Shown: positions 55,331 to 64,000 of the stretch, one piece after another | How positions within the stretch are numbered: the stretch's first letter is position 1 | Layout of the letters: each line of letters starts with the position of its first letter | IMG/VR virus record: IMGVR_UViG_3300027816_000056 | Reading direction: 5' to 3' (one strand) | From: a virus | Length of the DNA: 64,000 nucleotides | The notes under the pieces: generated by a model | Seen by the model: the letters and a program-made list of their open reading frames with translations, nothing else | The model's database searches: none | What the model was told of the DNA's origin: nothing | Position numbers and translations under genes: made by a program

Positions 55331-56311
55331 TTACCAACATACAATTAATACTAATCCATCACCACCATTTCCACCTCTACCACCAGTAGTACCAGCTCCA
55401 CCACCACCGCCACCACAACCGATTCCTCCGTTTCCTCCTTGTCCACCTGTACCAGATGCAATACTTCCTCCCCCGGTACCTCCGGTATGTAAAAACGGTT
55501 TAAGTGATCTGATTCCGGGATTTCCATTACCGCCGTTGGCAGCGCCTCCAGCTAAAGTGTTGCTAGGAAGATAAATACCACTTCCTTCAGAATCAACAGC
55601 TCCTGGTAAGATTATTCCGCCACCTGTTCCGCTGGTAGAATTTGTAGCACCGCCTCCACCTGTACCGCCAGTTAAAGGACTTAGATTCCATAGTGCAGTT
55701 AAATTAACAGCATTTGGAGTACCTGAACTTCCTCCAGCAGTTCCTATTTGTCCTGCATATCCAGCATTACCGGCAGTTCCGGTATTTGAAAAAAATCCTA
55801 ACTTTGATATTGGACCATTATTAGCTATACCTGTTGCTCCAGGTGCTGCTCCAGCTGTTCCTCCGTTACCAGCGCCGCCCGCGTTTCCTCCATTTGCTGA
55901 TACTATTACACTAGGTACTGTTGTACCCCCAGATAATCCTGCTCCTAATGTCACAAAGGTTGAGGTACCGCTACTACCCCCATTACCAGCATCTCCACCA
56001 TTACCGCCGATGCCTACATAAATTTTTAATGAATCCGGAATAAAAACTGTTGGAATTATGATAGAAGTAATACCGCCGCATGATCCACCACCACCACCGC
56101 CTTTGTTACCAGCAGCTGATTGACCACCACCACCGCCACCACCACTGCCAATGCAGAGTATATACATCATGGTAATGCCACGTGGTTTAGTCCAAGTCTG
56201 CCAATTCTGTGTTGCGGATGTGGGTCTGCCTGATGCAAAAAACATTTGCACGTCTCCTTTGAATTGAGACGGTAAAAAACCAAAATCTGAAGATGAGTTT
56301 CCAAAAAACAT
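55331..56311 (-). CDS. Glycine-rich virion/adhesin protein, paralog 3
   Basis: MFFGNSSSDFGFL..WTKP.G..LCIG.GGGGG..GGNGGDGLV.I..W. Confidence 0.75.
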   Translation of the reverse strand: MFFGNSSSDFGFLPSQFKGDVQMFFASGRPTSATQNWQTWTKPRGITMMYILCIGSGGGGGGGQSAAGNKGGGGGGSCGGITSIIIPTVFIPDSLKIYVGIGGNGGDAGNGGSSGTSTFVTLGAGLSGGTTVPSVIVSANGGNAGGAGNGGTAGAAPGATGIANNGPISKLGFFSNTGTAGNAGYAGQIGTAGGSSGTPNAVNLTALWNLSPLTGGTGGGGATNSTSGTGGGIILPGAVDSEGSGIYLPSNTLAGGAANGGNGNPGIRSLKPFLHTGGTGGGSIASGTGGQGGNGGIGCGGGGGGAGTTGGRGGNGGDGLVLIVCW

Positions 56312-56315
56312 ACAT

Positions 56316-57338
56316 TTACCAACTAATAATTACTACTAAACCATCACCACCGTTACCTCCACGACCTCCGGTAGTACCAGCTCCGCCTCCACCTCCACCA
56401 CAACCATATCCCCCATCACCACCATTGCCTCCGGCTGCATTATCAGAAGATCCTCCTCCAGTGCCACCGGTGTTTAAGAATGGCCTCCATAATTTAATTC
56501 CAGGACTACCGTTTCCTCCAGGGACACCGGCTGAACCCGCTGTTCCACCAACTAAAAGATTAGTAGCAGGTGTAATTGTTCCGCCGGCATAATCTACAGC
56601 TGTAGGTCCAGATATACTTATATTTCCACCAGCAAATCCTGCCTGAGCTGGGGTATTAATTCCGGCGCCGCCCGATCCAGGAGTGGTTGATATTGAAGCC
56701 CATGCATTAGCAAAACTAGCGCCAACTGCTCCGGTATGGACACCGCCGGCGGCACCATTTTGACCTGCATATCCGGCATTTGTAGCTAATATTGTTGCAG
56801 AAAATAATCCTGCCTTTCCTATAGGCCCTAGTGAAGCAATTGTTACAGCAGATCCGCCGCCTCCAAGTCCGCCAGCGGCTGCAGTTGTACCAGCACCGCC
56901 CCCTGTACTTGGATTTGCTTGTAATATTAAGTTAGGTATTACTAGTCCAGAACCAACACCTGTACCTAACGATATATATGAAGAATTTCCAGAGTTACCG
57001 GCGTTATTAGCATCGCCGCCAGCTCCACCAGCACCTACTGAAATTTTTAATGCATTTGGAAGAAAAATCGCAGGTACCATTAAAGTAGTAACTCCGGCGC
57101 CCCCAGCACCACCACCACCTCCTCGAGTCGTATTTGATGCACCACTTCTACCGCCACCACCGCCGCCACCGGCACCGATACAAAGCATATAAACCATAGT
57201 AACACCTTTTGGTTTAATCCATTGTTGCCAATTCTGTGTTGCTGTAGATGTTACTCCTGTTGAAAAAAACATCTGAACATCCCCGTTAAATTGAGATGTT
57301 AAGAATCCAAAATCTGATGGTGACTTCCCAAATTGCAT
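56316..57338 (-). CDS. Glycine-rich virion/adhesin protein, paralog 2
   Basis: Same conserved termini as its neighbours. Confidence 0.75.
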   Translation of the reverse strand: MQFGKSPSDFGFLTSQFNGDVQMFFSTGVTSTATQNWQQWIKPKGVTMVYMLCIGAGGGGGGGRSGASNTTRGGGGGAGGAGVTTLMVPAIFLPNALKISVGAGGAGGDANNAGNSGNSSYISLGTGVGSGLVIPNLILQANPSTGGGAGTTAAAGGLGGGGSAVTIASLGPIGKAGLFSATILATNAGYAGQNGAAGGVHTGAVGASFANAWASISTTPGSGGAGINTPAQAGFAGGNISISGPTAVDYAGGTITPATNLLVGGTAGSAGVPGGNGSPGIKLWRPFLNTGGTGGGSSDNAAGGNGGDGGYGCGGGGGGAGTTGGRGGNGGDGLVVIISW

Positions 57339-57347
57339 ATATTTACC

Positions 57348-58364
57348 TTACCAGCTTACTATCATTACTAAACCATCACCACCATTGCCGCCCCTACCTC
57401 CGGTAGTGCCGCCACCACCTCCACCTCCGCCGCAGCCGTAGCCACCGATGCCGCCATCACCTCCAACTTGATTAGAAGCAGATCCACCTCCACTTCCTCC
57501 AGTATTTAAAAATGGTTTAAGTGATTTTATTCCTGCGCTTCCATTTCCTCCAATAATGGTCGCGTTACCTGCCGTTCCGCCGGTTATTTTATTAGCTGAT
57601 GGGGTAAAATTTCCATCATCAAAACTCACTACTGCCTGTAAAGAAATATTCCCCCCAGCAAATCCGGTGTTTGCAGTAGTACCAACTCCCGCACCGCCAC
57701 TACCTCCGCTAAGCGGTGATACGTTAAATACGGCAGTTATAGCCGTACCATTAGCCCCAGTTTGTGCACCTCCAGCAGTTCCAGATTGTCCCGCAAATCC
57801 TGCATTTAACGCATTTCCATTACCTGGGAAGAATCCTAGTTTGCTTATAGGTCCATGGACGGCTATTGTTGTTACGGTACCGGCAGCACCGCCACCGCCA
57901 CCTTGCAATGACGTACCAGTACCTCCATTAGTGCCTCCTAGTGCTCGTAATATTAAATTAGGATTTGAAATTCCCGTTGTTAATGATGAACCTAATGATA
58001 TATACGATGGACCACCTGAAAGTGCTGGGCTAGAAGATATTCCACCTTGACCACCAGCACCTACTGAAATTTTTAATGAATCTGGTATTAAAATAGCAGG
58101 GAGTAATAAAGTAGTTATAGCACCACTTCCGCCACCGCCGCCGCCTCCTCTAGCATTGCCAGTAGCAGCCGAAAAACCTCCACCACCACCTCCACCACCT
58201 CCGATACACATCATATATACCATTGATGTTCCTTTTGGTTTAGTCCAAGTCTGCCAGTTTTGAGTTTGCGTAGGAGCTATTCCTGTTGGAGTAAATACTT
58301 GCACATCACCTTTAAAGCTAGGAGGTAAAAATCCAAAGTCTGATGGTGAATTTCCGAAAAACAT
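57348..58364 (-). CDS. Glycine-rich virion/adhesin protein, paralog 1
   Basis: Same conserved termini as its neighbours. Confidence 0.75.
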   Translation of the reverse strand: MFFGNSPSDFGFLPPSFKGDVQVFTPTGIAPTQTQNWQTWTKPKGTSMVYMMCIGGGGGGGGGFSAATGNARGGGGGGGSGAITTLLLPAILIPDSLKISVGAGGQGGISSSPALSGGPSYISLGSSLTTGISNPNLILRALGGTNGGTGTSLQGGGGGAAGTVTTIAVHGPISKLGFFPGNGNALNAGFAGQSGTAGGAQTGANGTAITAVFNVSPLSGGSGGAGVGTTANTGFAGGNISLQAVVSFDDGNFTPSANKITGGTAGNATIIGGNGSAGIKSLKPFLNTGGSGGGSASNQVGGDGGIGGYGCGGGGGGGGTTGGRGGNGGDGLVMIVSW

Positions 58365-58380
58365 AACTATTTCTTACTAA

Positions 58381-58833
58381 TTAATAATCACCACCAAATA
58401 CTGTTGCTTGCCATCGTTGGTTGGTAGTTTGTGCAATATGTTGAGAAACTAATATATAATGACTTGATGGTATTGCTATGTTTAATGGTATTTCATAGTA
58501 TGAAACTGCATTAGTTGAGTTTGCTGTTGAAATAATTGGTACTGAAATTTCTGCTAATAGATTGGTATCTGAATCGGTGGTAGTTCCTGTGTTCACTGAG
58601 CTTAAAAATACTCGAAGTGTAGTTGCAACAGAGTTAACTGCTGCAGCTGATGCTACTGGTATAAATCTTACACGTTGTACAAAACTTCCGTTTGCTCCGG
58701 CACTAAATGCAAGAAATATATCTGTACCCACCGTACCTCCTCCAGCAGAACTAACGTTAGCTGCAGTTGTTGTAATTTTTGCTTCACCTACATTTGGTGT
58801 TAATGCGAATATTGGACTTGTATTTGCTGGCAT
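58381..58833 (-). CDS. Putative tail-fibre-associated structural protein
   Basis: 150 aa, beta-rich, MPANTSPIF..GGDY; ATATTTATA motif at 58856-58864. Confidence 0.6.
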   Translation of the reverse strand: MPANTSPIFALTPNVGEAKITTTAANVSSAGGGTVGTDIFLAFSAGANGSFVQRVRFIPVASAAAVNSVATTLRVFLSSVNTGTTTDSDTNLLAEISVPIISTANSTNAVSYYEIPLNIAIPSSHYILVSQHIAQTTNQRWQATVFGGDY

Positions 58834-58863
58834 AATTTTTTCTTTTTTATTTTATTATAAATA

Positions 58864-59586
58864 TCAAAATCCAGAAAATGGATACATTGTTTGTGTTATA
58901 GCTATAACTTTACCAAAATCCGTTCCTGCTGAAGGTGTTGAATTTAATGCATATGATGCTGTTAACGCAAATGAAGCTGTTCCTTGTAGTGAACCGGTAA
59001 ATGAATTTGCTGTAACATTGCCGGTTACTGCTAATGTAGATCCATCAAAAGTTGCATTAGATTCTCCATTCAAAGTTGCTGCAGTTCCAGTTGCTGTTAC
59101 TAAGTAATTATCTGTGTTATTATTTATAGTTACTCCGCCACCCCCTGGTGCCCATGATGCTGATACTGCAAATGAAGCTGTTCCTTGTAGTGATCCCGTA
59201 AAACTGTTTGCTGTTACATTACCAGTAACTGCTAATGTTGAACCATCAAATGTTAGATTAGATTCGCCATTTAACTCTGGTGTTGTACCGGTCGCTGTTA
59301 TTACTCTATTGTTAATGTTACCGGCAGCAAATGTAGTGCCTCCGCCGCCTCCTGGTGCCCATGATGCTGATACTGCAAATGAAGCTGACACTACTGAGTT
59401 TGCACCATATGGCCCATATACTCCAGATGCAGTAACAAATGAAGCAGTTGACGCGGTGGTTACTGATCCTAATAAGTTTTGTGCTGTTGTAGCAAAACTT
59501 GCCGTACCTTGTAATGATCCCGTTGCATCGAGAGATGCTACGGTTAAATTTGTAATACTACCAGAGTCTGTATAAAATATAGGCAT
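58864..59586 (-). CDS. Fibre-like protein with internal tandem duplication
   Basis: Two copies of TATGT..LNGESN.TFDGSTLAVTGNVTANSFTGSLQGTASFA; ATATTTATA motif at 59591-59599. Confidence 0.7.
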   Translation of the reverse strand: MPIFYTDSGSITNLTVASLDATGSLQGTASFATTAQNLLGSVTTASTASFVTASGVYGPYGANSVVSASFAVSASWAPGGGGGTTFAAGNINNRVITATGTTPELNGESNLTFDGSTLAVTGNVTANSFTGSLQGTASFAVSASWAPGGGGVTINNNTDNYLVTATGTAATLNGESNATFDGSTLAVTGNVTANSFTGSLQGTASFALTASYALNSTPSAGTDFGKVIAITQTMYPFSGF

Positions 59587-59601
59587 ATATTATAAATATC
59601 T

Positions 59602-62600
59602 TTACATGTTAAATTCACCCGTACGAATTGCTTGCCAAAATACATCGTTAGTAATTGCAACAGAGCTATTTGAATTAATTTTAAATCCAGCAGGGCCGAC
59701 ATCTTGAACGGTCCATGATCTAGCATCTCCTCCTGTTACAGTTACTGTATATGTACCTGGAAATTGTGTTGCAAATGTTACTGTATAAATTAACGGAGTT
59801 CCAGAAAAACTATTTCCTTTTGCAACTCCAGATTTTACAACCATTCCGTTAACATATGAAGCGGTTGCAGCATATGATGCAGAAGTAGCAAAGCTAGCTG
59901 TACCTTGCAATGAACCGGTAATACCAGAAGTTACACTTAAATTACCCAATACATCAACAGTGGTTGTACTAACTCTAAATACATCAGCTCTTGTAGAATC
60001 ATTCGCGCCGGCACCTATAACAAAAAGTGATGTAGTATTGCCATGTTGATTGTATTGTCCAATAACTAGTTGTCCTGACCCAGATGCAATTGTTCCAAGT
60101 CCTTCCGCATGCGAGTAATCTCCTAGCGCAATTGTACTTTGACCTTCAGCATGAGAATATAATCCAATGGTGCGTGTTGAAAATCCTTCGGCGTGAGATG
60201 CCTCTCCAATTGTAGTAGTGTCACGTCCTTCGGCGTGTGAATACGTACCAAGTGCACGAGTGTTAAGCCCTTCAGCATGAGAATAGTTTCCAGCTGCACA
60301 TGAACCCCTACCTTCAGCATGCGATGATAATCCTATAGAAAATACACTATTACCCTCAGCGTGTGAATATTGTCCTAATGCAGTTGAATTTGTACCTTCT
60401 GCATGAGCGTGTTGAGCAGCATATGGTTGGTCTCCAATCCAACTAACCGGAGCATTATCTAGATCGCCAACAACTGCTGTGGTAGTTGTTATGGAAGGAT
60501 CTTGTAGAAAAATTAACGTTGAAGCACCATCAAACGATGCAGAATCTATAACAACAGCTGTTGTACCATATGAATAATCATATAATGTATCATCTAGATA
60601 CAAATATGATCCATTTGCAAAATAAAATGCAATGTCTCCATATGATGCAGATAATGATGCCGTGCCTGCAGTTACCGATGTTGCTAAATATCCATTTGTT
60701 CCACCAGTCGATGTAACACTACCTTCAGTGTGTGAATAATTACCAACCGCTGTTGTAATATATCCTTCTGCATGTGAATATAAACCAGATGCTACCGTAG
60801 TTTCGCCATGTTGCAAACTTTGACTTGTATGTATGAACGAAAAACTTGCAGTTGCTGCAAATGAACCTGCTTTATTATATTGAATCTCATTGTTGTTTCC
60901 TGCTGCTGCTACGTATGAAGCTGTTGTAGAATTTGTTGCGTTTACAGCCCAACTTGCCGTACCTTGTAATGATCCAGTAAATGTTGATGAAATGGAAGTA
61001 GCGTTAGTTACGTTATATCCACCCATATTCAAATTACCAGACATTGCACGTGTACCATTGACAAGCAAATACTGCTGATGGTCATCAGCATTTAATCCTA
61101 ACAAGTTTCCATGCACAGATGATGCATTTACACCCGCTGCTCGGAATCCAATAATTGGACGTATATCTTGTATTTGTGTAATGTTTGCTGAACCAGATTG
61201 TACGTATATAGAAGCTAATGCAACTACGCCATCAGAAAAATAAGTTGGTGGTGCCGGTAGACCGGCATTCTCTGCTTCAACTAGTGTTGCATATTGACTT
61301 GGATTGATTACTAAAAAATATTCCTCATCCGGTCCTCGGCCAACTGTATACAAACTATGCTTAGTGTAGTAGGATGCAGACATTGCAACCAATGCACTAC
61401 CGGAGTTGTATACGTTATTTGGTACTAGTGTTTGCGATGATTTATTCCAACCAAACGCTCCTGATCCTGATTGGTAGTATTGTGTAAATGCAATTGCACT
61501 ACCGCCAGTTGGATCATATTCGTTTTCTCCAAAGTAATACAAACCAGCTGTTACATCAAGTTGACGAGGCGTTATATCTTCCGATACTATACACCCTTGA
61601 GCAAATACCGGACCTAATGCATTTCTATTAAACTTAGATAATGCATTTGACATATGTGCTGCAAAATATGGACTATTGTCTACTAACTCGATTCCTGTAT
61701 CATTTGTTACAACGCGGCCTAATATAATGTTATGCGCACTAGGAGGTTGTATTGCGTTAGCTGTTAGTGTTGCAGTTTCATCAATGAATATGTAGTTATC
61801 GGTATTTGGTGATAAGGTTAGATTGGTATCGGCCCAATCAATTCTTTGAAATACTTCCGTACCCATGTTATGTAAATAACCATATCCAGCTGCTGTCGTA
61901 ATAGTTAAACTTCCGGAAATTGTTATGTTACCTCCAGACATTACCCCCATCGGACTACCTTCGAAAATTAGTGTCGATGCATCTGTATGAGTACCATCTG
62001 CAAATGTTACTGATAATTTTCTTGTAATGTCTAATTCACCATCCGTTTCATCTAGAAATGTCCAAAAGAAGTTTTGACTTGCATTAGTTATTTTACTATG
62101 ATCAGCAGTACCTTGGAATCTGCAAGATGCACTAGGATGTAGAATTTCAAAATCATAATTCACTGAATCGTGGATCATGGATCCTACTATATTGAAGCTT
62201 GATGAGTTTGCTAAGTTTGGAATATATACTGCAGAACCCCAACCTGGCATATCCATTCCTAAACCCTGAAGGTCTGCACCATTTTCAAGTTGAATAGCTA
62301 CCGAAGTTGCATCTCCTTCACCAATTAGACCAGCTGCATAAATATCCATTTCTGCTACACCACCTACAGCATAATTTGCAATTAACCCGGTGGCTCCTAT
62401 CGGAAACTGATAGTAATTTTCTAAACTTGCTAATGCTTGATATCCATTTGATGAACTTACAAAACTACCCGTACTATAAACTCCATTATAATCTAAATAC
62501 TCACCATAAAATTTAGTATCTTGCGTTCTTGATATAACTGTAACACACATATCGCAATCGTAAAAAGAAACTTTATGTGCTTGTGCAAAATCTCCAATAT

Positions 62601-63978
62601 CATCTATATATAAAGCAGAATATCCTGCAGGTGCGTTTGTTAGTGTTAAAAATGATACTTCATTATTAATACCCATCTTAATCAAGTGCTGATTAGATGA
62701 GCTTGGGAATATTTGAGTAGTTTGAATACTACTACCAACAATACTAACGTACGGTTTGCCGGTTAGATCAATTTCTTTTTCTGTGTATCGACCCGGGCCA
62801 ACTTCAATTACATATCGATTAGTATCTGATGAGTCTGTGATATATGCAACAGATGCACTAATGCTAGTAAAGTCAGCTCCTTTTGTTCCTACCGTAATTC
62901 TTCTAGGATCTTGTCCTACTTCATAAAGTGATGAGCTTAGTGATATTTGTGTTTTTAAGAAGTTATCCGTACCTTGTACTTTACCAGTAGATCCAGAGTG
63001 TTCAATTGCAACATCAGTCGTACAGTTTTCAAAGTTAAGTGCAATTGCATCTATGGATGGACCAGATCCTGTCTGAGGTGCCCAAATACCTTTATCCCAA
63101 CGTTGAAAGTTAACACCCGTTAGACGTAGGTTACCTCCATTATATACTTTAAATCCAGTACCTAGAGCTGATCCTGCTGCTCTTGTTAGCAAACATCCAT
63201 TAACAATAAATGCACAATTAGGAGCATCGGATAAAGCAAATATTTGATTATTGTCAGATCCTGCTACACCTCCGTTAGTAGAAGTTACATTACGAAGCTG
63301 CATTCTACCAATACCAGCACTGCCGGTTCTTGTTACATGAAATCCTACGTCGAATGATTTATTGAGTTCGGTAAATCCGCCATATTTGACATTGGAACAC
63401 TGTAATATACAGTTACCATTACTTCCAGTACCAATAACTTTAGCGTTGGTATAGTTAGTACCAAATCTTACATTTTCAACATATGCAATTGCATTTGTTT
63501 GAGGTGTTGTAGGAGATGAATAAATAATAGCAGAAGCTGACGGGGCTGTAGATCCTTGTATTTGCATATCAATGATCATTGATTGATCACTCATTATAAA
63601 AATACTTGCACTAGGATTAGATGCAGATACTACGGTTGAAATTGAACTATCTCCTTTTACGGCAACATAAGAAGGTACAGTTATTGTATCTTCTATATAG
63701 ATACCAGGAAATACTTGCACCGTATACGTATTAGTTGCCGTTGCATCGACTATACTATCAACTGCAGATTTTATTGAAAAGTAATCTGTCTCACTACCCG
63801 GTAAACCTACTGTTACTAGATTATCAACGTACGTTGTTATACCTGTAAGTCCTGATCCATCACCAAAAAATGATCCAGAAAAAGATCCTGTTACTCCGTT
63901 ACTTACGTTAAGTGATCCTGTTACCTCAGAGTTTCCTTCAGAACGGAAACCGTTTTTTATGCGAAATTCATTTGCCAC
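59602..63978 (-). CDS. Large tail fibre/adhesin: two beta-helix-like modules and YadA/Hep_Hag-type SHAEG repeats
   Basis: Twice VTVG..D(Y/F).SI..AV..I.D..Y..(V/I).V.PG.Y.E; about 11 (S/A)H(A/T)EG repeats, mostly at 14-residue spacing; GSLQGTAS spacers; GTG start. Confidence 0.75.
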   Translation of the reverse strand: MANEFRIKNGFRSEGNSEVTGSLNVSNGVTGSFSGSFFGDGSGLTGITTYVDNLVTVGLPGSETDYFSIKSAVDSIVDATATNTYTVQVFPGIYIEDTITVPSYVAVKGDSSISTVVSASNPSASIFIMSDQSMIIDMQIQGSTAPSASAIIYSSPTTPQTNAIAYVENVRFGTNYTNAKVIGTGSNGNCILQCSNVKYGGFTELNKSFDVGFHVTRTGSAGIGRMQLRNVTSTNGGVAGSDNNQIFALSDAPNCAFIVNGCLLTRAAGSALGTGFKVYNGGNLRLTGVNFQRWDKGIWAPQTGSGPSIDAIALNFENCTTDVAIEHSGSTGKVQGTDNFLKTQISLSSSLYEVGQDPRRITVGTKGADFTSISASVAYITDSSDTNRYVIEVGPGRYTEKEIDLTGKPYVSIVGSSIQTTQIFPSSSNQHLIKMGINNEVSFLTLTNAPAGYSALYIDDIGDFAQAHKVSFYDCDMCVTVISRTQDTKFYGEYLDYNGVYSTGSFVSSSNGYQALASLENYYQFPIGATGLIANYAVGGVAEMDIYAAGLIGEGDATSVAIQLENGADLQGLGMDMPGWGSAVYIPNLANSSSFNIVGSMIHDSVNYDFEILHPSASCRFQGTADHSKITNASQNFFWTFLDETDGELDITRKLSVTFADGTHTDASTLIFEGSPMGVMSGGNITISGSLTITTAAGYGYLHNMGTEVFQRIDWADTNLTLSPNTDNYIFIDETATLTANAIQPPSAHNIILGRVVTNDTGIELVDNSPYFAAHMSNALSKFNRNALGPVFAQGCIVSEDITPRQLDVTAGLYYFGENEYDPTGGSAIAFTQYYQSGSGAFGWNKSSQTLVPNNVYNSGSALVAMSASYYTKHSLYTVGRGPDEEYFLVINPSQYATLVEAENAGLPAPPTYFSDGVVALASIYVQSGSANITQIQDIRPIIGFRAAGVNASSVHGNLLGLNADDHQQYLLVNGTRAMSGNLNMGGYNVTNATSISSTFTGSLQGTASWAVNATNSTTASYVAAAGNNNEIQYNKAGSFAATASFSFIHTSQSLQHGETTVASGLYSHAEGYITTAVGNYSHTEGSVTSTGGTNGYLATSVTAGTASLSASYGDIAFYFANGSYLYLDDTLYDYSYGTTAVVIDSASFDGASTLIFLQDPSITTTTAVVGDLDNAPVSWIGDQPYAAQHAHAEGTNSTALGQYSHAEGNSVFSIGLSSHAEGRGSCAAGNYSHAEGLNTRALGTYSHAEGRDTTTIGEASHAEGFSTRTIGLYSHAEGQSTIALGDYSHAEGLGTIASGSGQLVIGQYNQHGNTTSLFVIGAGANDSTRADVFRVSTTTVDVLGNLSVTSGITGSLQGTASFATSASYAATASYVNGMVVKSGVAKGNSFSGTPLIYTVTFATQFPGTYTVTVTGGDARSWTVQDVGPAGFKINSNSSVAITNDVFWQAIRTGEFNM

Positions 63979-64000
63979 GTCTTTTCCCTATCCAAGCCTG

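Noticed and set aside
55331-60420. GC-richer repetitive DNA as a CRISPR array or DGR template/variable repeat
   Set aside because: The repeats are in-frame coding repeats; there is no reverse transcriptase and no adenine-specific mismatch pattern was evident
2258-62516. All plus-strand ORFs in the track (e.g. 16076-16636, 57556-58050, 58562-59107) and short nested minus-strand ORFs
   Set aside because: They are antisense or out-of-frame shadows of well-supported genes; the Pro-rich ones simply mirror Gly codons
63979-64000. In-frame TAG four codons upstream of the fibre GTG start (GGA TAG GGA AAA GAC GTG), possible readthrough or operator
   Set aside because: Only 22 nt are visible at the window edge, and it can equally be a purine-rich RBS
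1-64000. Stop-codon reassignment, inteins or group I introns in polB, nrdJ, helicase or uvsX
   Set aside because: The genes are uninterrupted and of normal length in the standard code; TAA, TGA and TAG all act as stops

Overview
A 64-kb segment of a large, AT-rich T4-like myovirus genome. Every credible gene is on the minus strand and the standard genetic code is used. In transcription order (high to low coordinates): (1) tail fibre/adhesin genes and three tandem glycine-rich paralogs (63978-55331); (2) the contractile-tail module of sheath, tube, frameshifting chaperone pair, tape measure and baseplate (54958-44087); (3) a compact family-A DNA polymerase, a PD-(D/E)XK nuclease-like protein and two putative internal head proteins; (4) the T4-like replication core (gp32 SSB, UvsX/RecA, RNase H, helicase, class II RNR, PolB, sliding clamp, clamp loader, dUTPase), interleaved with a 7-deazaguanine pathway; (5) an ~18-kb island of glycosyltransferases and nucleotide-sugar enzymes (18179-378); (6) the start of a holin-lysozyme cassette. 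The best candidate for an undescribed system is the operon at 26441-22280: unknown protein, cytidylyltransferase, DpdL-like T-fold protein, GT-B glycosyltransferase, DpdA/TGT-like transglycosylase and sliding clamp. It is fed by folE-queD-queE, with no queC in the window. The transglycosylase ends in the same NxN[KR]FFxF tail as PolB, which suggests clamp-coupled, possibly glycosylated, deazaguanine DNA modification. Two promoter classes are visible: sigma70-like -35/-10 pairs that mostly give leaderless mRNAs, and an ATATTTATA motif before late genes. All family calls come from motif recognition by eye; no searches were run. No tRNA, rRNA or CRISPR array was found and the host cannot be assigned.
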